DNA of 52,325 nt from an uncultured bacterium. GTDB lineage: Bacteria > BMS3Abin14. Below the pieces are notes generated by a model that saw only the letters and a program-made list of their open reading frames with translations, was not told the DNA's origin and searched no databases. A program made the translations under genes and the position numbers. Positions 30,801 through 39,375 of this stretch are shown here, one piece after another (within the stretch, counting starts at the first letter, position 1; each line of letters begins with the position of its first letter). The DNA is taken from NCBI GenBank assembly GCA_965603295.1, contig CBFDCL010000002.1:1-52325 (forward strand), read 5' to 3'.

Positions 30801-31842
30801 GGAAGGGGACCTTGTCCTGGAGAGTTTTAAACCGGTCCAGGGTGAGCTGAATTGGAAAGCCGAATCGGTCCCCGTTCGATTCCCCGAAGGGCTTGACACC
30901 ATCAACCGGGCTGATATCGGGCTCCGGTTTTCAGACGGCCGGGGGATCCTGCGTGGAACCGTGAGCATGGATGAGGGCCGGTACACGCGCGAAGTGGACA
31001 TTGAAAACTTGATAAGCCTCATAGGGGAGGGGATGAACGCGCCAAAAAACTTAACTCCGAACGACGAAGCGTCCGAAAGGGGAGATTGGCTGATCCTGGA
31101 CATCAGAATGGAGACGGCCTCACCCATCGATGTGGATATCAAACTCCTCCGGGGCACCGCCAACGGGGATCTCCATCTACAAGGCACCGCCGCAAAACCA
31201 GTGCTTGTCGGGAGGATTGAGATCATTGAAGGCACCATTGTATACCGGGGGCATGTGTTTGACGTTACGAGCGGATCCGTGGGTTTTTTCAACCCCGCCA
31301 GAATCGAACCAGCCTTCGATTTTTCAGGGCGGACTGAGGTAACCGGACTGGACCGAGAGGGAAACGTTACGGAATATATCGTTGACCTGCTGGCGACGGG
31401 GGTCCCGGAAAAATTCAAGCTCGACCTTCTGTCATCCCCCTCCCTGAGCGAGATCGATATCGTCTCTCTCCTGACCTGGGGGGCAGTGGGTGAGCAGGCT
31501 TTCGCTTCCAGGACCGGCCGCTCGGCCGCCGAGGCGACGTTGCTCCTGACAAGAGAACTCAGAGGCTCTCTTGAAACCGGCGTCCGGCGATTGACCGGTT
31601 TTGACAGGGTTATCATCAACCCATCAGCGGTCACATCCACGGGAGAACGGACCACGCGGATCCAGGTGGACAAGAGATTGAGCGAAAGTGTCTACCTGAT
31701 GTACTCGACGCCGGTCCTGACAAGCGAGGAGCAGGAGGTGCTCCTCAAATACAGGCTGTCGGATTCCTTTTCCCTTATCGGTGAACAGAGGGGGGAGGAG
31801 GACTTCGGCCTCGATCTCGATTTCCAATTCCAGATTCCATGA
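27877..31842 (+). CDS. tamB: TamB / AsmA-like protein (start may be TTG 27940)
   Basis: N-terminal TM helix, long glycine-rich beta-strand repeats, DUF490-like C-terminus (LQGTAAKPVLVG, PSLSEIDIVSLL, KRLSESVYL); adjacent Omp85. Confidence 0.85.
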   Translation: MPGKTAAEPFAARSRRDIRPTLKRRILAFLIILVLTALTIGMGLATSPEVDRWIRDAIVGQLEKHLEVKVRLGGFERNLFLTRVTFTDVTLSDLDGTGRSVTTTRLSISVDPYAFLRGTLYLKTVRLEGVSLDVTRKHDGTVRIEPLSPFQLAREGDGGPSFPMRFEIGEIILVGGGVSFSDEPYGLALEMEDVAISVTRGRFTPKSWRNATIRTGGGEVSWRGLGEGFPVRFRSFRADLVYTPAELRIKGVQISGGPLNLNLSGQLPFLKNGEFHGEASLIVDLDQLPWLPGGTGGQVSLDGNVGGNPLDPSFKGQLRGRDLHVAGRDLHDLEAGISIGLPGCRIADARVVYRKEVVRGHGELRFQAGFPYELVAGAHGYPLSKLIEEVRGGALSLEGSVNADLMVSGNLSGGGTSIAMEGEIEVPLGAEGTSPARFRLTGMYEGAALEGLDLVLETGSLHLGVTGSLRAGGPDLRVFAEETDLGRWGVFPVAGGITGSVTLDGEVGGQWKEVEGKIDATVKKPELGRFSADLMVAHLDIDRAGVSLPMLSLETGSSSLVGQGSFPWSRKPGEQWFVVEISEGNVEDLMHSAGFEAVLSGQIDGRVEAVSGPSGWEADGRALLRSGAVLEENFDEIQTEGTFGNGTLKLNKVRILKNERVILGKGSVSKGRYEAVFRSGDPVLLEDVRYLRKLKVFLAGNVDVEGTVQGKLDGSELDVQAKMSWDQASFEGRTWRSGDARVRIRDRELTATANLLDGIFTADAKTSLGGDFPFSGTIRTLQTADREALNDLLGVRIPADAVSMTLLAEAQASGFLKSLKKTRVKGTIGRGDLKIRGINFRSDENINFTYSPKVGIRFLDATLWSGESVVAGTLLIAPGAAIEGSLKGNVDLRGFSFLKPSVHQFSGLALVQLQVTGTLSQPVLNGSIRLQGAQCVASIPFDLPVRGLTGELEIVGNRLRSGGITGESGGGTIRMEGDLVLESFKPVQGELNWKAESVPVRFPEGLDTINRADIGLRFSDGRGILRGTVSMDEGRYTREVDIENLISLIGEGMNAPKNLTPNDEASERGDWLILDIRMETASPIDVDIKLLRGTANGDLHLQGTAAKPVLVGRIEIIEGTIVYRGHVFDVTSGSVGFFNPARIEPAFDFSGRTEVTGLDREGNVTEYIVDLLATGVPEKFKLDLLSSPSLSEIDIVSLLTWGAVGEQAFASRTGRSAAEATLLLTRELRGSLETGVRRLTGFDRVIINPSAVTSTGERTTRIQVDKRLSESVYLMYSTPVLTSEEQEVLLKYRLSDSFSLIGEQRGEEDFGLDLDFQFQIP

Positions 31843-34571
31843 TGACTTCCTGTCTTGCCGCAGCGGCTGCCTGGATTCTGTTAAGCGCCCCCGCCGGTTT
31901 TTCCGGTGGGGAAGGATCCCTCGCTGCGTTCAGTGGCGTCCCGGTCCTCGAGGTGAGAGTTGCGGGAACGGATATCCCGCGTTCAGAAGTTAGGGCCCTT
32001 CTGCCTCAGCACGAGGGGGAAGCCCTGGATCCCGGAGCTGTCCGCGAGGGGATCAGAAACCTTTACCTATCAGGTCGCTACAGGGATGTGACGGTTCTCG
32101 CGAAAAGGGCACCCGATGGTGTGGTTATCCTCTACGAGGTTGTGCCGCGCACCTGGCTTTCGGAAATCCTCTTCGAAGGGAACCTGTCTATCCGGGACGG
32201 GGAACTCCTCCGGAACACTGACCTTTCCCGAAAGGAGGAGATATCCGATAAGAGGTTGAGGGAAAATGCCCGGAGGATCAGGGATTACTACGCGGGGCGT
32301 GGTTTTCTCCAATGTGAAGTATCTTTTCGGGTTGAATCCGGCGGCGGTGATCAGAGGAAGGTTGTATTCCAGATCCGGGAGGGGGTTGGAGGGGTTGTTT
32401 CCGACGTGCGTCTCAACGGGAACGCGGGTATTTCCCGAACGAAGCTCCTGAGTATCGTGGCTTCCATGCCCGGGGAAGAGCTCGATGGCCGGACGGTCGA
32501 AAAAGACGTGGAGAAACTTTCACGCTATTTTCACCGGAAAAGCTTTCTGGCTTCAAAAATCCGTTACAGCCTGGCTCCCGACCCTGAGTTCCCGGGTGGG
32601 ACGATCGTCACCTTCACTATAGACCGGGGTCCCCTTTTCTTCCTTTCCGTCAGGACACCGGATGTTGAAGAAGAGGGTTGGGTGGTCAAACGGATGAAAA
32701 AAATTTTCCGGACCGGATCGAGCATCGAGGTTTCCAGGCAAAAGTTCGAGAAGGAACTGATCTCCCATTACAAAGGGATCGGGTACCCCTTTGCAGTCAC
32801 AGATTGGACCGAGGATTTTCCGGTTTCCTCCGAGAGACGTATCACGATAATACTGAACGCCGGCACACCTGTTACCGTAGACTCCGTTAAGATAAGAGGA
32901 GTGGAATTCTTTCCGGAAGCAAAGATGAGGGAAACGATCCTGATTGGGAGCGGCATGCCCTTCGTCAAAGCCGATCTCGAAGAGGAAGTGGAGGCTTTGG
33001 AGCGGGCTTATAAGGATGAGGGGTTCCTGGAGGCTAAGGTCTCCCTGGATCCGTTGAACTTCATCCCCGCGGGAGATGTCAATAAGGTTCAGATCGGCAT
33101 CAATGTCCGGGAAGGCCCCCGTACGATGATCAGGGAACTGGCTGTCCGGAGCGATTCCAGGGACCCGGACCACTACATCGGATTAATTAAGGTGAACCCC
33201 GGCGATCCCTACGTTCCGGAGGCCGTGGAAAGGGCGCGGGAAGCTATTCTAAGCGACCTTTCCGCCGACGGATATCTGTACGCTACCGTGAGCCTGTCTG
33301 AACCGGTACGGCAGGAGGATAACCGGGTTGATATCGTCCTGACGGTTCATGAGGGGCCCAGAGTGCATCTCGGGACGGTTATCGTTCTTGGGAACAAGAA
33401 TGTGAGCACGCGGATCATCCGCATGGTCCTTGACCTGACCAGGGGCGATGTCCTGACCCAGGACAAGATCCTCAAAGCGCAGGAAAGGATCTACAGATTG
33501 GGGGTGATGAGTTCCGTCGATGTCCGGATCGCGGATTCACAGGAGCCTTCCTCGCGGAAAGATATTATCGTGACGGTGAGGGAACGGCCCCGTTATGTCA
33601 TCGGGTTGAGGGTTGGGTACGGGAGTGAAGACAGGTTCCGGGGAGAGGCTTCCGTGACCCACAGGAACGTCGCGGGGATGGCCCGTTCCCTGACTCTGAA
33701 AGGGAAAACAAGCGCCATAGAACGACGGGTATCGCTGGTATACAACCATCCCTGGTTTTCTTCCCGGCCCATTGACATGTCCGCGTCCCTGTCTGACATC
33801 GTCGAAGAAAGGGACAGTTACTCCCGGGACGCCTACTCCGCCGCGGTGGATTTTACGCGGGAAATGTCCGAAAGAACCAAGATAAGCCTTGGATACGTGT
33901 TTGAGGGGCTTAGACTTTTCGATGTTTCACCCGGAGCACAGCTTTCCTCGGACGATGAGGGAAAGACCGACGTGGCTGCCCTTTTCGGTGAAGCGATATT
34001 CGACAGCCGGGACGATTTTCTGGATCCCTGGTCCGGCCTTCTTGGGGATATCCGGCTGGAACTAGCCTCTAGCAAAGTGGCCTCGAGGGCTGAACACATC
34101 AAGTTTGAACTGGCGTCGCACCGGTACGTCGATATGGGAAACAGCCTGGTTTACGCGGGGCTCTTGAGATTGGGAACGGTGAATTCCTATGGTCGAAGCG
34201 AGGAAGTGATCATCAGCAAACGTTTCTTCCTGGGTGGTCATAATTCGGTCAGAGGTTACGCCCTGGACGGACTAGGCCCGCGTGATGCCGACGACGAGCC
34301 CATCGGGGGAAATTATATGCTTAACATCAACATGGAACTCCGCTATCCGGTCTACAGGACTCTTCGAGGGGTCGGGTTTGTGGACTCGGGAAGTGTCTGG
34401 CTGCAAAGGGGGGGAGAGGGGTTCCATCTTCGCAGTTCCGCAGGTGCCGGCTTGCGGTGGTCCTCCCCCATCGGTCCCTTGAGCCTGGATTACGGGTACA
34501 AGTTGAATCCTGCTGACCAGGATGCTGATGACCGGTATCGGTGGCATTTTTCCATCGGCCACGCTTTTTAA
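31839..34571 (+). CDS. Omp85-family outer-membrane protein (BamA/TamA-like) with several POTRA domains
   Basis: Signal peptide, POTRA-like repeats (Y..RGF, V.EGP), barrel motifs RFFLGGHNSVRGY, GAGLRWSSPIGPLSLDYG, terminal FSIGHAF. Confidence 0.92.
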   Translation: MMTSCLAAAAAWILLSAPAGFSGGEGSLAAFSGVPVLEVRVAGTDIPRSEVRALLPQHEGEALDPGAVREGIRNLYLSGRYRDVTVLAKRAPDGVVILYEVVPRTWLSEILFEGNLSIRDGELLRNTDLSRKEEISDKRLRENARRIRDYYAGRGFLQCEVSFRVESGGGDQRKVVFQIREGVGGVVSDVRLNGNAGISRTKLLSIVASMPGEELDGRTVEKDVEKLSRYFHRKSFLASKIRYSLAPDPEFPGGTIVTFTIDRGPLFFLSVRTPDVEEEGWVVKRMKKIFRTGSSIEVSRQKFEKELISHYKGIGYPFAVTDWTEDFPVSSERRITIILNAGTPVTVDSVKIRGVEFFPEAKMRETILIGSGMPFVKADLEEEVEALERAYKDEGFLEAKVSLDPLNFIPAGDVNKVQIGINVREGPRTMIRELAVRSDSRDPDHYIGLIKVNPGDPYVPEAVERAREAILSDLSADGYLYATVSLSEPVRQEDNRVDIVLTVHEGPRVHLGTVIVLGNKNVSTRIIRMVLDLTRGDVLTQDKILKAQERIYRLGVMSSVDVRIADSQEPSSRKDIIVTVRERPRYVIGLRVGYGSEDRFRGEASVTHRNVAGMARSLTLKGKTSAIERRVSLVYNHPWFSSRPIDMSASLSDIVEERDSYSRDAYSAAVDFTREMSERTKISLGYVFEGLRLFDVSPGAQLSSDDEGKTDVAALFGEAIFDSRDDFLDPWSGLLGDIRLELASSKVASRAEHIKFELASHRYVDMGNSLVYAGLLRLGTVNSYGRSEEVIISKRFFLGGHNSVRGYALDGLGPRDADDEPIGGNYMLNINMELRYPVYRTLRGVGFVDSGSVWLQRGGEGFHLRSSAGAGLRWSSPIGPLSLDYGYKLNPADQDADDRYRWHFSIGHAF

Positions 34572-34763
34572 GGGGGGGACGGCTCGGTTAAATAAGGCAT
34601 CTATCCCTCGACTCCGCTCGGAACCCGGAGTTTTGCTGTTTTCGTGGAACTTTTAACATTGAATGTGTTTGTCCCAAACGTGGAACGTCCCTTTCAACGG
34701 AAATGGGAATGGGGAGTGTTAAGACTATGTCTTGAGGTCTTTGCGGTTTACCAGGACCAGGAA

Positions 34764-35348
34764 TTAGGTACCCGGTACTTTTTTCTGATGTTCTTCCAGT
34801 ACCATTTTCACCCGGTCCACCGCGACGGAAGGGTCAAGGCTCTTGTCGAGAAAGCCGGAAGCGCCCATCTGGCGCACGATGTGGATATCCTCATGGCTGT
34901 CGTGGACACCGGTCATTACGATGATGGGGGGCAGGGGACGGTTCATGTTTTTCAGTTCTTCCAGGACACCGAAGCCGGAAAGCCGGGGCATCTGAAGGTC
35001 CAGCATGAGGAGGGTGAACGACTCGGGGGACGCGTTGAAGATCTCCATCGCTTCCCGGCCATCCACTGCGGTTTTAACCTTGAACCCCTGCTTGGTGAGA
35101 AGGTCGGACATCAGAGACCTGAAAAAGGCGGTGTCATCGGCTATGAGGACATAGCGGTCTTCATCGGCTGCTTCCGCGGCGCCGGTCGGGGCAGTCTGTC
35201 CCTGTCCCTTGAATTCTCTCCAGCCGTCGGGGAGGGTTACGTTATACTTGGTGCCGCAGACGCCGCAACCGATCCTGAAGCCCCCATCGGGAATCTTAGC
35301 GGGGTCGAAGATATATTCCTTTTTGCAAAGGACGCAGGTTAATTTCAT
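34764..35348 (-). CDS. Zinc-ribbon (MJ0042-like finger) response regulator, orphan
   Basis: CVLC...CGVC; receiver IADD, LMLDLQMP, MTG, FLDKS. Confidence 0.88.
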   Translation of the reverse strand: MKLTCVLCKKEYIFDPAKIPDGGFRIGCGVCGTKYNVTLPDGWREFKGQGQTAPTGAAEAADEDRYVLIADDTAFFRSLMSDLLTKQGFKVKTAVDGREAMEIFNASPESFTLLMLDLQMPRLSGFGVLEELKNMNRPLPPIIVMTGVHDSHEDIHIVRQMGASGFLDKSLDPSVAVDRVKMVLEEHQKKVPGT

Positions 35349-35355
35349 GGCGCTT

Positions 35356-35385
35356 AAAGTACCCGACGCGATAGTACCCTGTCAA
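35356..35385 (-). promoter_or_regulatory. Candidate sigma70 promoter for the response regulator (TTGACA-N18-TACTTT)
   Basis: Plus-strand tgtcaa at 35380-35385 and aaagta at 35356-35361; predicted +1 falls at or next to the ATG. Confidence 0.5.
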
Positions 35386-35399
35386 CTCGACAGGGTGCT
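35373..35399. promoter_or_regulatory. Inverted repeat AGTACCCTGTC-N5-GACAGGGTGCT, candidate operator
   Basis: 11-bp arms with one mismatch, between divergent promoters and overlapping the minus-strand -35. Confidence 0.55.
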
Positions 35400-35416
35400 G
35401 GGCTGACTCTGGTTCA

Positions 35417-35445
35417 TTGACACTTCGGTCCGGCATGTTTAGAAT
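35417..35445 (+). promoter_or_regulatory. Sigma70 promoter TTGACA-N17-TAGAAT
   Basis: Near-consensus boxes 26 bp upstream of the ATG at 35471. Confidence 0.75.
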
Positions 35446-35470
35446 TTTCCCCTGTTTTCCAAGGAAAAAA

Positions 35471-36139
35471 ATGGAACCCCTATTCAGGAACATACTGCCT
35501 GTAATCCTTATCCTCCTGATGCTGCCTCCATTCCGTTTGGCCGCTGCCGAACCTGCGGAAGGAGGCTGGATCCGGGTAGATGGGATCGTGGCCACGATCG
35601 ACGGTATCCCTATTCTCCGTTCCGATGTTCTGATGGAGGAGGATTTCGGACTCCTGGAGGCGGCGGTCAACGGGGGCAAAGGATTTCTCGGGCTTATGGA
35701 GCCCTATCTGAATCGCCTTCTCATCATGAGGGAGCTTGACGACCTCGGGGGGTTCCGGTTGGCCGAAGGAGAGGCCGAAGATGCCTTCGCCGGATACCTG
35801 GCCGGGGCAGGGGGGCCGAGGGTATTGGAAGAAAAGATGAGGAGATGGGGTATCGAGGAGGGGGACGTTTTCGGGCGGTTCAAGGAGGCCTTTCTGGCCT
35901 CCCTTTACACGGAAAGCCGGATAAGGTTTCTCGTAAAGGTCGTTCCCTCCGATATCGAGAGGGCCTATGCCGAGGATCCCGGACGATGGGGGAATGTGGG
36001 CTTGTTCGAGGCTTGGGAAAACATAAAATCCGACCTTGTGGGAGAGTCCTTCGAGATGGAAAAAGAGCGGTGGTTAAGTTCCCTGAAGAAAAGATATCAC
36101 CTCTCGATATCGACACCGGAAGAGGATCCCATTCCATGA
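35471..36139 (+). CDS. SurA N-terminal-domain-like exported protein
   Basis: Signal peptide followed by VDGIVATIDGIPILRSDV (SurA_N-like); no PPIase domain seen; SD AAGGA. Confidence 0.65.
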   Translation: MEPLFRNILPVILILLMLPPFRLAAAEPAEGGWIRVDGIVATIDGIPILRSDVLMEEDFGLLEAAVNGGKGFLGLMEPYLNRLLIMRELDDLGGFRLAEGEAEDAFAGYLAGAGGPRVLEEKMRRWGIEEGDVFGRFKEAFLASLYTESRIRFLVKVVPSDIERAYAEDPGRWGNVGLFEAWENIKSDLVGESFEMEKERWLSSLKKRYHLSISTPEEDPIP

Positions 36140-36516
36140 CCTGGCGCCTTTCGGTAAGCGGAGGATTTTCCGCTGCCCACAGGCTTGTGGGGAGCGGTGG
36201 GAAGTGTGAGTCGATGCACGGGCATAATTTTCGGGTGGTCCTGACGGTGGAGGGCAAACGGCCCGACGGTTCCGGGATGATAGTCGATTTCGGGGTTCTT
36301 AAAGGGATCCTGAATTCCGTACTCGGTGGTCTTGACCACACTGATCTTAACGAAAATCCTGCCTTTTCCGGAAACAGCCCCTCCTCGGAGAACATTGCGC
36401 GGTATATCTGCCGGGAGACCGCGAAGGAGCAAGCCATATCCCATGTCCGGGTTCGGTCCGTCACGGTCAGCGAGTCCGACACGGCATCAGCGACCTACTT
36501 CCCTGAAGAAGAATAG
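36136..36516 (+). CDS. queD: 6-carboxy-5,6,7,8-tetrahydropterin synthase
   Basis: FSAAHRL, CESMHGHNF, LDHTDLN, PSSENIA, VSES. Confidence 0.94.
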   Translation: MTWRLSVSGGFSAAHRLVGSGGKCESMHGHNFRVVLTVEGKRPDGSGMIVDFGVLKGILNSVLGGLDHTDLNENPAFSGNSPSSENIARYICRETAKEQAISHVRVRSVTVSESDTASATYFPEEE

Positions 36517-36523
36517 CTGACCA

Positions 36524-36672
36524 TTGAGAATTGAGGATTGAGAATTGAGAATTGAGAATCAAAACAGGGGACCGGTGATTCGTGATTGGTGAACGGCTGG
36601 GTTTTTGAAGCTTGATGTTTGAGGTTTGAAAGTTTGAAGTTGACAGGACGTTCAACGTTAAACGTTCAACGT
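36524..36672. repeat. Intergenic repeat mosaic R2
   Basis: (TTGAGAA/TTGAGGA)x5, GTGATTC/GTGATTG, TTTGAAG/TTTGATG/TTTGAGG, ACGTTCA/ACGTTAA blocks. Confidence 0.9.
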
Positions 36673-36694
36673 GAGAAAACAAGGAGAGGGCCCC

Positions 36695-37438
36695 ATGCGG
36701 ATTATCGATGCGCACGTTCATATTGGCCGGAGACACCTTCCCATCGAACAGGTCCAGGAGGTTCTTGATAGCGCCGGAGTTGAACGGGCTGTGATCTTTG
36801 CCGACCCGGAGAGCTCCGATATCCCCGATGACAACCGGTATGTTCTCGAGGTAGCCCGGCGTACGGAGCACATCCCCTTTTTCTATATAGGGGGCAACGC
36901 CTACAGCGGGAACAGGCCGTTCCCGGATCTGCCGGACCCGGAGGTCCTTTTGCCCTATAAAGGGGTCAAGTGGCACTGCTGGTTTACCCCGGCCCACGAT
37001 TTCGGCGGAGGCCCTCTGGGGTTGGGGGACGATCAGATCAGGAAGGCTTTGACGGAAGCGGGGATGAAGTCCTTAATGGACAAGGTCCGCGAAATGGAAA
37101 TCCCGGTTAACTTCGAGGAACACTTTGATGTCACCGTTCGGTTCGTTGAACTGTATCCGGATATTCCCATCATCATTCCTCACCTGGGGGGCCTGAACGG
37201 TGGAACGGAGCCCGTCCTGACTGCGGTGGGAGACAGGCCTAACGTACGGTTCGACGTGAGCCTGGCGTGGATTACCGAGGAGCTGATTGACCGGTACGGG
37301 TCCAGAAAGTTCCTTTCGGGTTCCGATTATCCGTATGGAAGCCCCTCCTGGGGGATCGACCGGGTACGTAAACTGAAGATCAGCGAGGGGGAAAGGGAGG
37401 ATCTGTTCTCCGGCAATATTCTTTCCCTGATAAAATAA
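36695..37438 (+). CDS. Amidohydrolase-2 family (TIM-barrel) protein
   Basis: IIDAHVH, KGVKWH, IIIPHLGG, FDVS, LSGSDYPY; SD AAGGAG. Confidence 0.85.
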   Translation: MRIIDAHVHIGRRHLPIEQVQEVLDSAGVERAVIFADPESSDIPDDNRYVLEVARRTEHIPFFYIGGNAYSGNRPFPDLPDPEVLLPYKGVKWHCWFTPAHDFGGGPLGLGDDQIRKALTEAGMKSLMDKVREMEIPVNFEEHFDVTVRFVELYPDIPIIIPHLGGLNGGTEPVLTAVGDRPNVRFDVSLAWITEELIDRYGSRKFLSGSDYPYGSPSWGIDRVRKLKISEGEREDLFSGNILSLIK

Positions 37439-37440
37439 AA

Positions 37441-37577
37441 AGTTTGAGAGTTTGAGGGTTTGTGATTGGTGATTCGTGATTTTTTTCCCAATCACCAGTT
37501 TCCAATCCCTAATCACCTGGTTTTTTCTTGGATCTTGGGTTTTGGGTCTTAAACCCTTATTACTCTGAACTTTGAAC
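37441..37577. repeat. Intergenic repeat mosaic R3 with inverted GTGATT/AATCAC blocks and a T-run
   Basis: AGTTTGAG x2, GTGATTG/GTGATTC, inverted CAATCAC...TAATCAC, TTTTTT, TTGGATC/TTGGGTT, CTGAACT. Confidence 0.85.
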
Positions 37578-37620
37578 AAGCGAAGTTGATATTTTTCGAA
37601 CGGGATCGAAAGGAGCTCCA

Positions 37621-38685
37621 ATGCGCAAGGAATCCATGAATTTCCTCAGAAATCTCATCTCGGCACCAAGTCCATCGGGGTTCGAAGGCCCCGCCCAGAA
37701 GATCTGGAAGGAAAGAACTTCCCCTTTTGCGGATGAAGTGAAGGTTGATGTCCACGGGAACTGTATCGCAGTATTAAACCCCGGAGGCAGTCCCCGGATC
37801 ATGCTGGCCGGACACAGCGATGAGGTCGGGTTTATGGTTAAACACATCTCCGACGAAGGATATATTTCCTTTTCCAGTATTGGAGGAGTGGATATTCATC
37901 TTGCACCGGCCAGGAGGGTCTTGATCCACGGGTCCGATGGGGACGTCCCCGGTGTCATCGGGAAAAAGCCCATTCATCTCATGGATCCCAAGGAGCGTGA
38001 CACCCAGAAGCTGGAATGGCATAAGCTCTGGATCGACATCGGGGTCAAGGATCGGAAGGAGGCCGAAAAAAATGTCTCCCTCGGCGATCCGGTGACGTTT
38101 CCTGAGGGGCTTGATGTGCTTGCCGGGAACAGGGTTGTGGGCAGGGGGTTCGATGACAAGGCGGGAAGCTTCACCGTTTCAGAAGTTCTCAGGCTCCTGA
38201 AAGGAGTTGACCTCAAGGCGGGTGTGTTCGCTGTTTCCACGGTTCAGGAGGAGATCGGGCTCAGGGGAGCGAAGACGAGCGCCCATGGAATCGATCCGGA
38301 TGTGGGGATTGCCATCGATGTGACCTTTGCGTCAGATCACCCTTTCACGGAAAAGAACCAGATGGGGGACATTTCCCTTGGAAAGGGTCCCGTGATCGCG
38401 AGAGGGCCGAACATCAACCGGAAGGTTTTCGAAAAGTTGACGGGAATCGCTGTGGAAAAGAAGATCCCTTACCAGGTGGAACCGGCCCCCAAGGCCACGG
38501 GAACGGATGCCAACGTGATCCAGTTGACCCGGAGCGGGGTTGCCGCAGGGCTCATCAGCATCCCCAACAGGTACATGCACACTCCGGTGGAAGTTGTGGA
38601 CCTGAAGGACATGGAGCACGCATCCGCGCTCCTCGCTGCCTATATTGGGTCCCTTGCCCCGGGGGAAGATTTTGCGCCATTCTGA
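37621..38685 (+). CDS. M42 family metallopeptidase
   Basis: LAGHSDEVG, GFDDK, VQEEIGLRGA, IDVT, GTDA, YMHTPVE. Confidence 0.95.
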   Translation: MRKESMNFLRNLISAPSPSGFEGPAQKIWKERTSPFADEVKVDVHGNCIAVLNPGGSPRIMLAGHSDEVGFMVKHISDEGYISFSSIGGVDIHLAPARRVLIHGSDGDVPGVIGKKPIHLMDPKERDTQKLEWHKLWIDIGVKDRKEAEKNVSLGDPVTFPEGLDVLAGNRVVGRGFDDKAGSFTVSEVLRLLKGVDLKAGVFAVSTVQEEIGLRGAKTSAHGIDPDVGIAIDVTFASDHPFTEKNQMGDISLGKGPVIARGPNINRKVFEKLTGIAVEKKIPYQVEPAPKATGTDANVIQLTRSGVAAGLISIPNRYMHTPVEVVDLKDMEHASALLAAYIGSLAPGEDFAPF

Positions 38686-38694
38686 AAAGAAAGA

Positions 38695-38809
38695 CCAAAG
38701 GCCAAGGACCAAAGCCCAAAGGAGAAAGAAAACATTATGCTGTCTCTGGGTGAATACAGCAGCTATTTAGTTTTTAACTTTGGACCTTGGACTTTGGGCC
38801 TTGGACCTT
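38695..38809. repeat. Inverted heptamer arrays R4 (CCAAAGG/CCAAGGA arm; TTGGACC/TTGGACT arm)
   Basis: Arms at 38695-38722 and 38778-38809 are imperfect reverse complements around an AT-rich spacer with a small GCTGT...ACAGC hairpin. Confidence 0.85.
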
Positions 38810-38814
38810 AGTTG

Positions 38815-39375
38815 ATGCGTATCATTTCCGGCATTGCCAAGGGCCGCAGGCTGAAATGCCCAAGGGGGCTAAGGACGAGACCGACCCCGGACAGGGTCAG
38901 GGAATCGGTCTTCTCCATCATCGGTGAAAAGATCTCCGGTTCAAGGGTCCTGGACCTGTATGCCGGTACCGGTGCGATGGGGCTCGAAGCTGTGAGCCGT
39001 GGTGCGGACGCTGCTGTTCTTGTGGAGAAAAACCCCCTTGTCCGGAGGGTCCTCAGGGACAACATCGCGGCATGCGGTTTTGAGGGGAAGACCACCGTCA
39101 TGCGGTCTCCCGTTCTTCCCTTTCTGAGAAACGGTGACCTTGACGGCGGTTTTGATGTGGTGTTCGCGGACCCCCCTTACGGGGGCAACGAGGCGACTTT
39201 GACCTTGATGGCACTGTCTAAACGTGCTAAATCCCTGCAGGGGTGCCTGATCGTAATGGAACACGGCCCTTGGGATACCGTGACTCCACCGGCTTCCATA
39301 CGAGTCGTTGAAAACAGGAAATACGGTAACACCGCACTGACCTTCTTTCACCTGTCGGGCGGAGGGGAGGCTTGA
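38815..39375 (+). CDS. rsmD: 16S rRNA m2G966 methyltransferase RsmD
   Basis: MRIISG, TRPTPDRVRESVF, LDLYAGTGAMGLEA, DPPY, KYG. Confidence 0.95.
   Translation: MRIISGIAKGRRLKCPRGLRTRPTPDRVRESVFSIIGEKISGSRVLDLYAGTGAMGLEAVSRGADAAVLVEKNPLVRRVLRDNIAACGFEGKTTVMRSPVLPFLRNGDLDGGFDVVFADPPYGGNEATLTLMALSKRAKSLQGCLIVMEHGPWDTVTPPASIRVVENRKYGNTALTFFHLSGGGEA

Noticed and set aside
27877-34571. Very large TamB plus Omp85 pair as a novel secretion system
   Set aside because: It fits the known TamB/Omp85 pairing; no passenger or effector genes are adjacent.
35417-35470. TTG start at 35417 proposed by the ORF track
   Set aside because: It is the -35 box of a consensus promoter; the SD-preceded ATG at 35471 gives a normal signal peptide.
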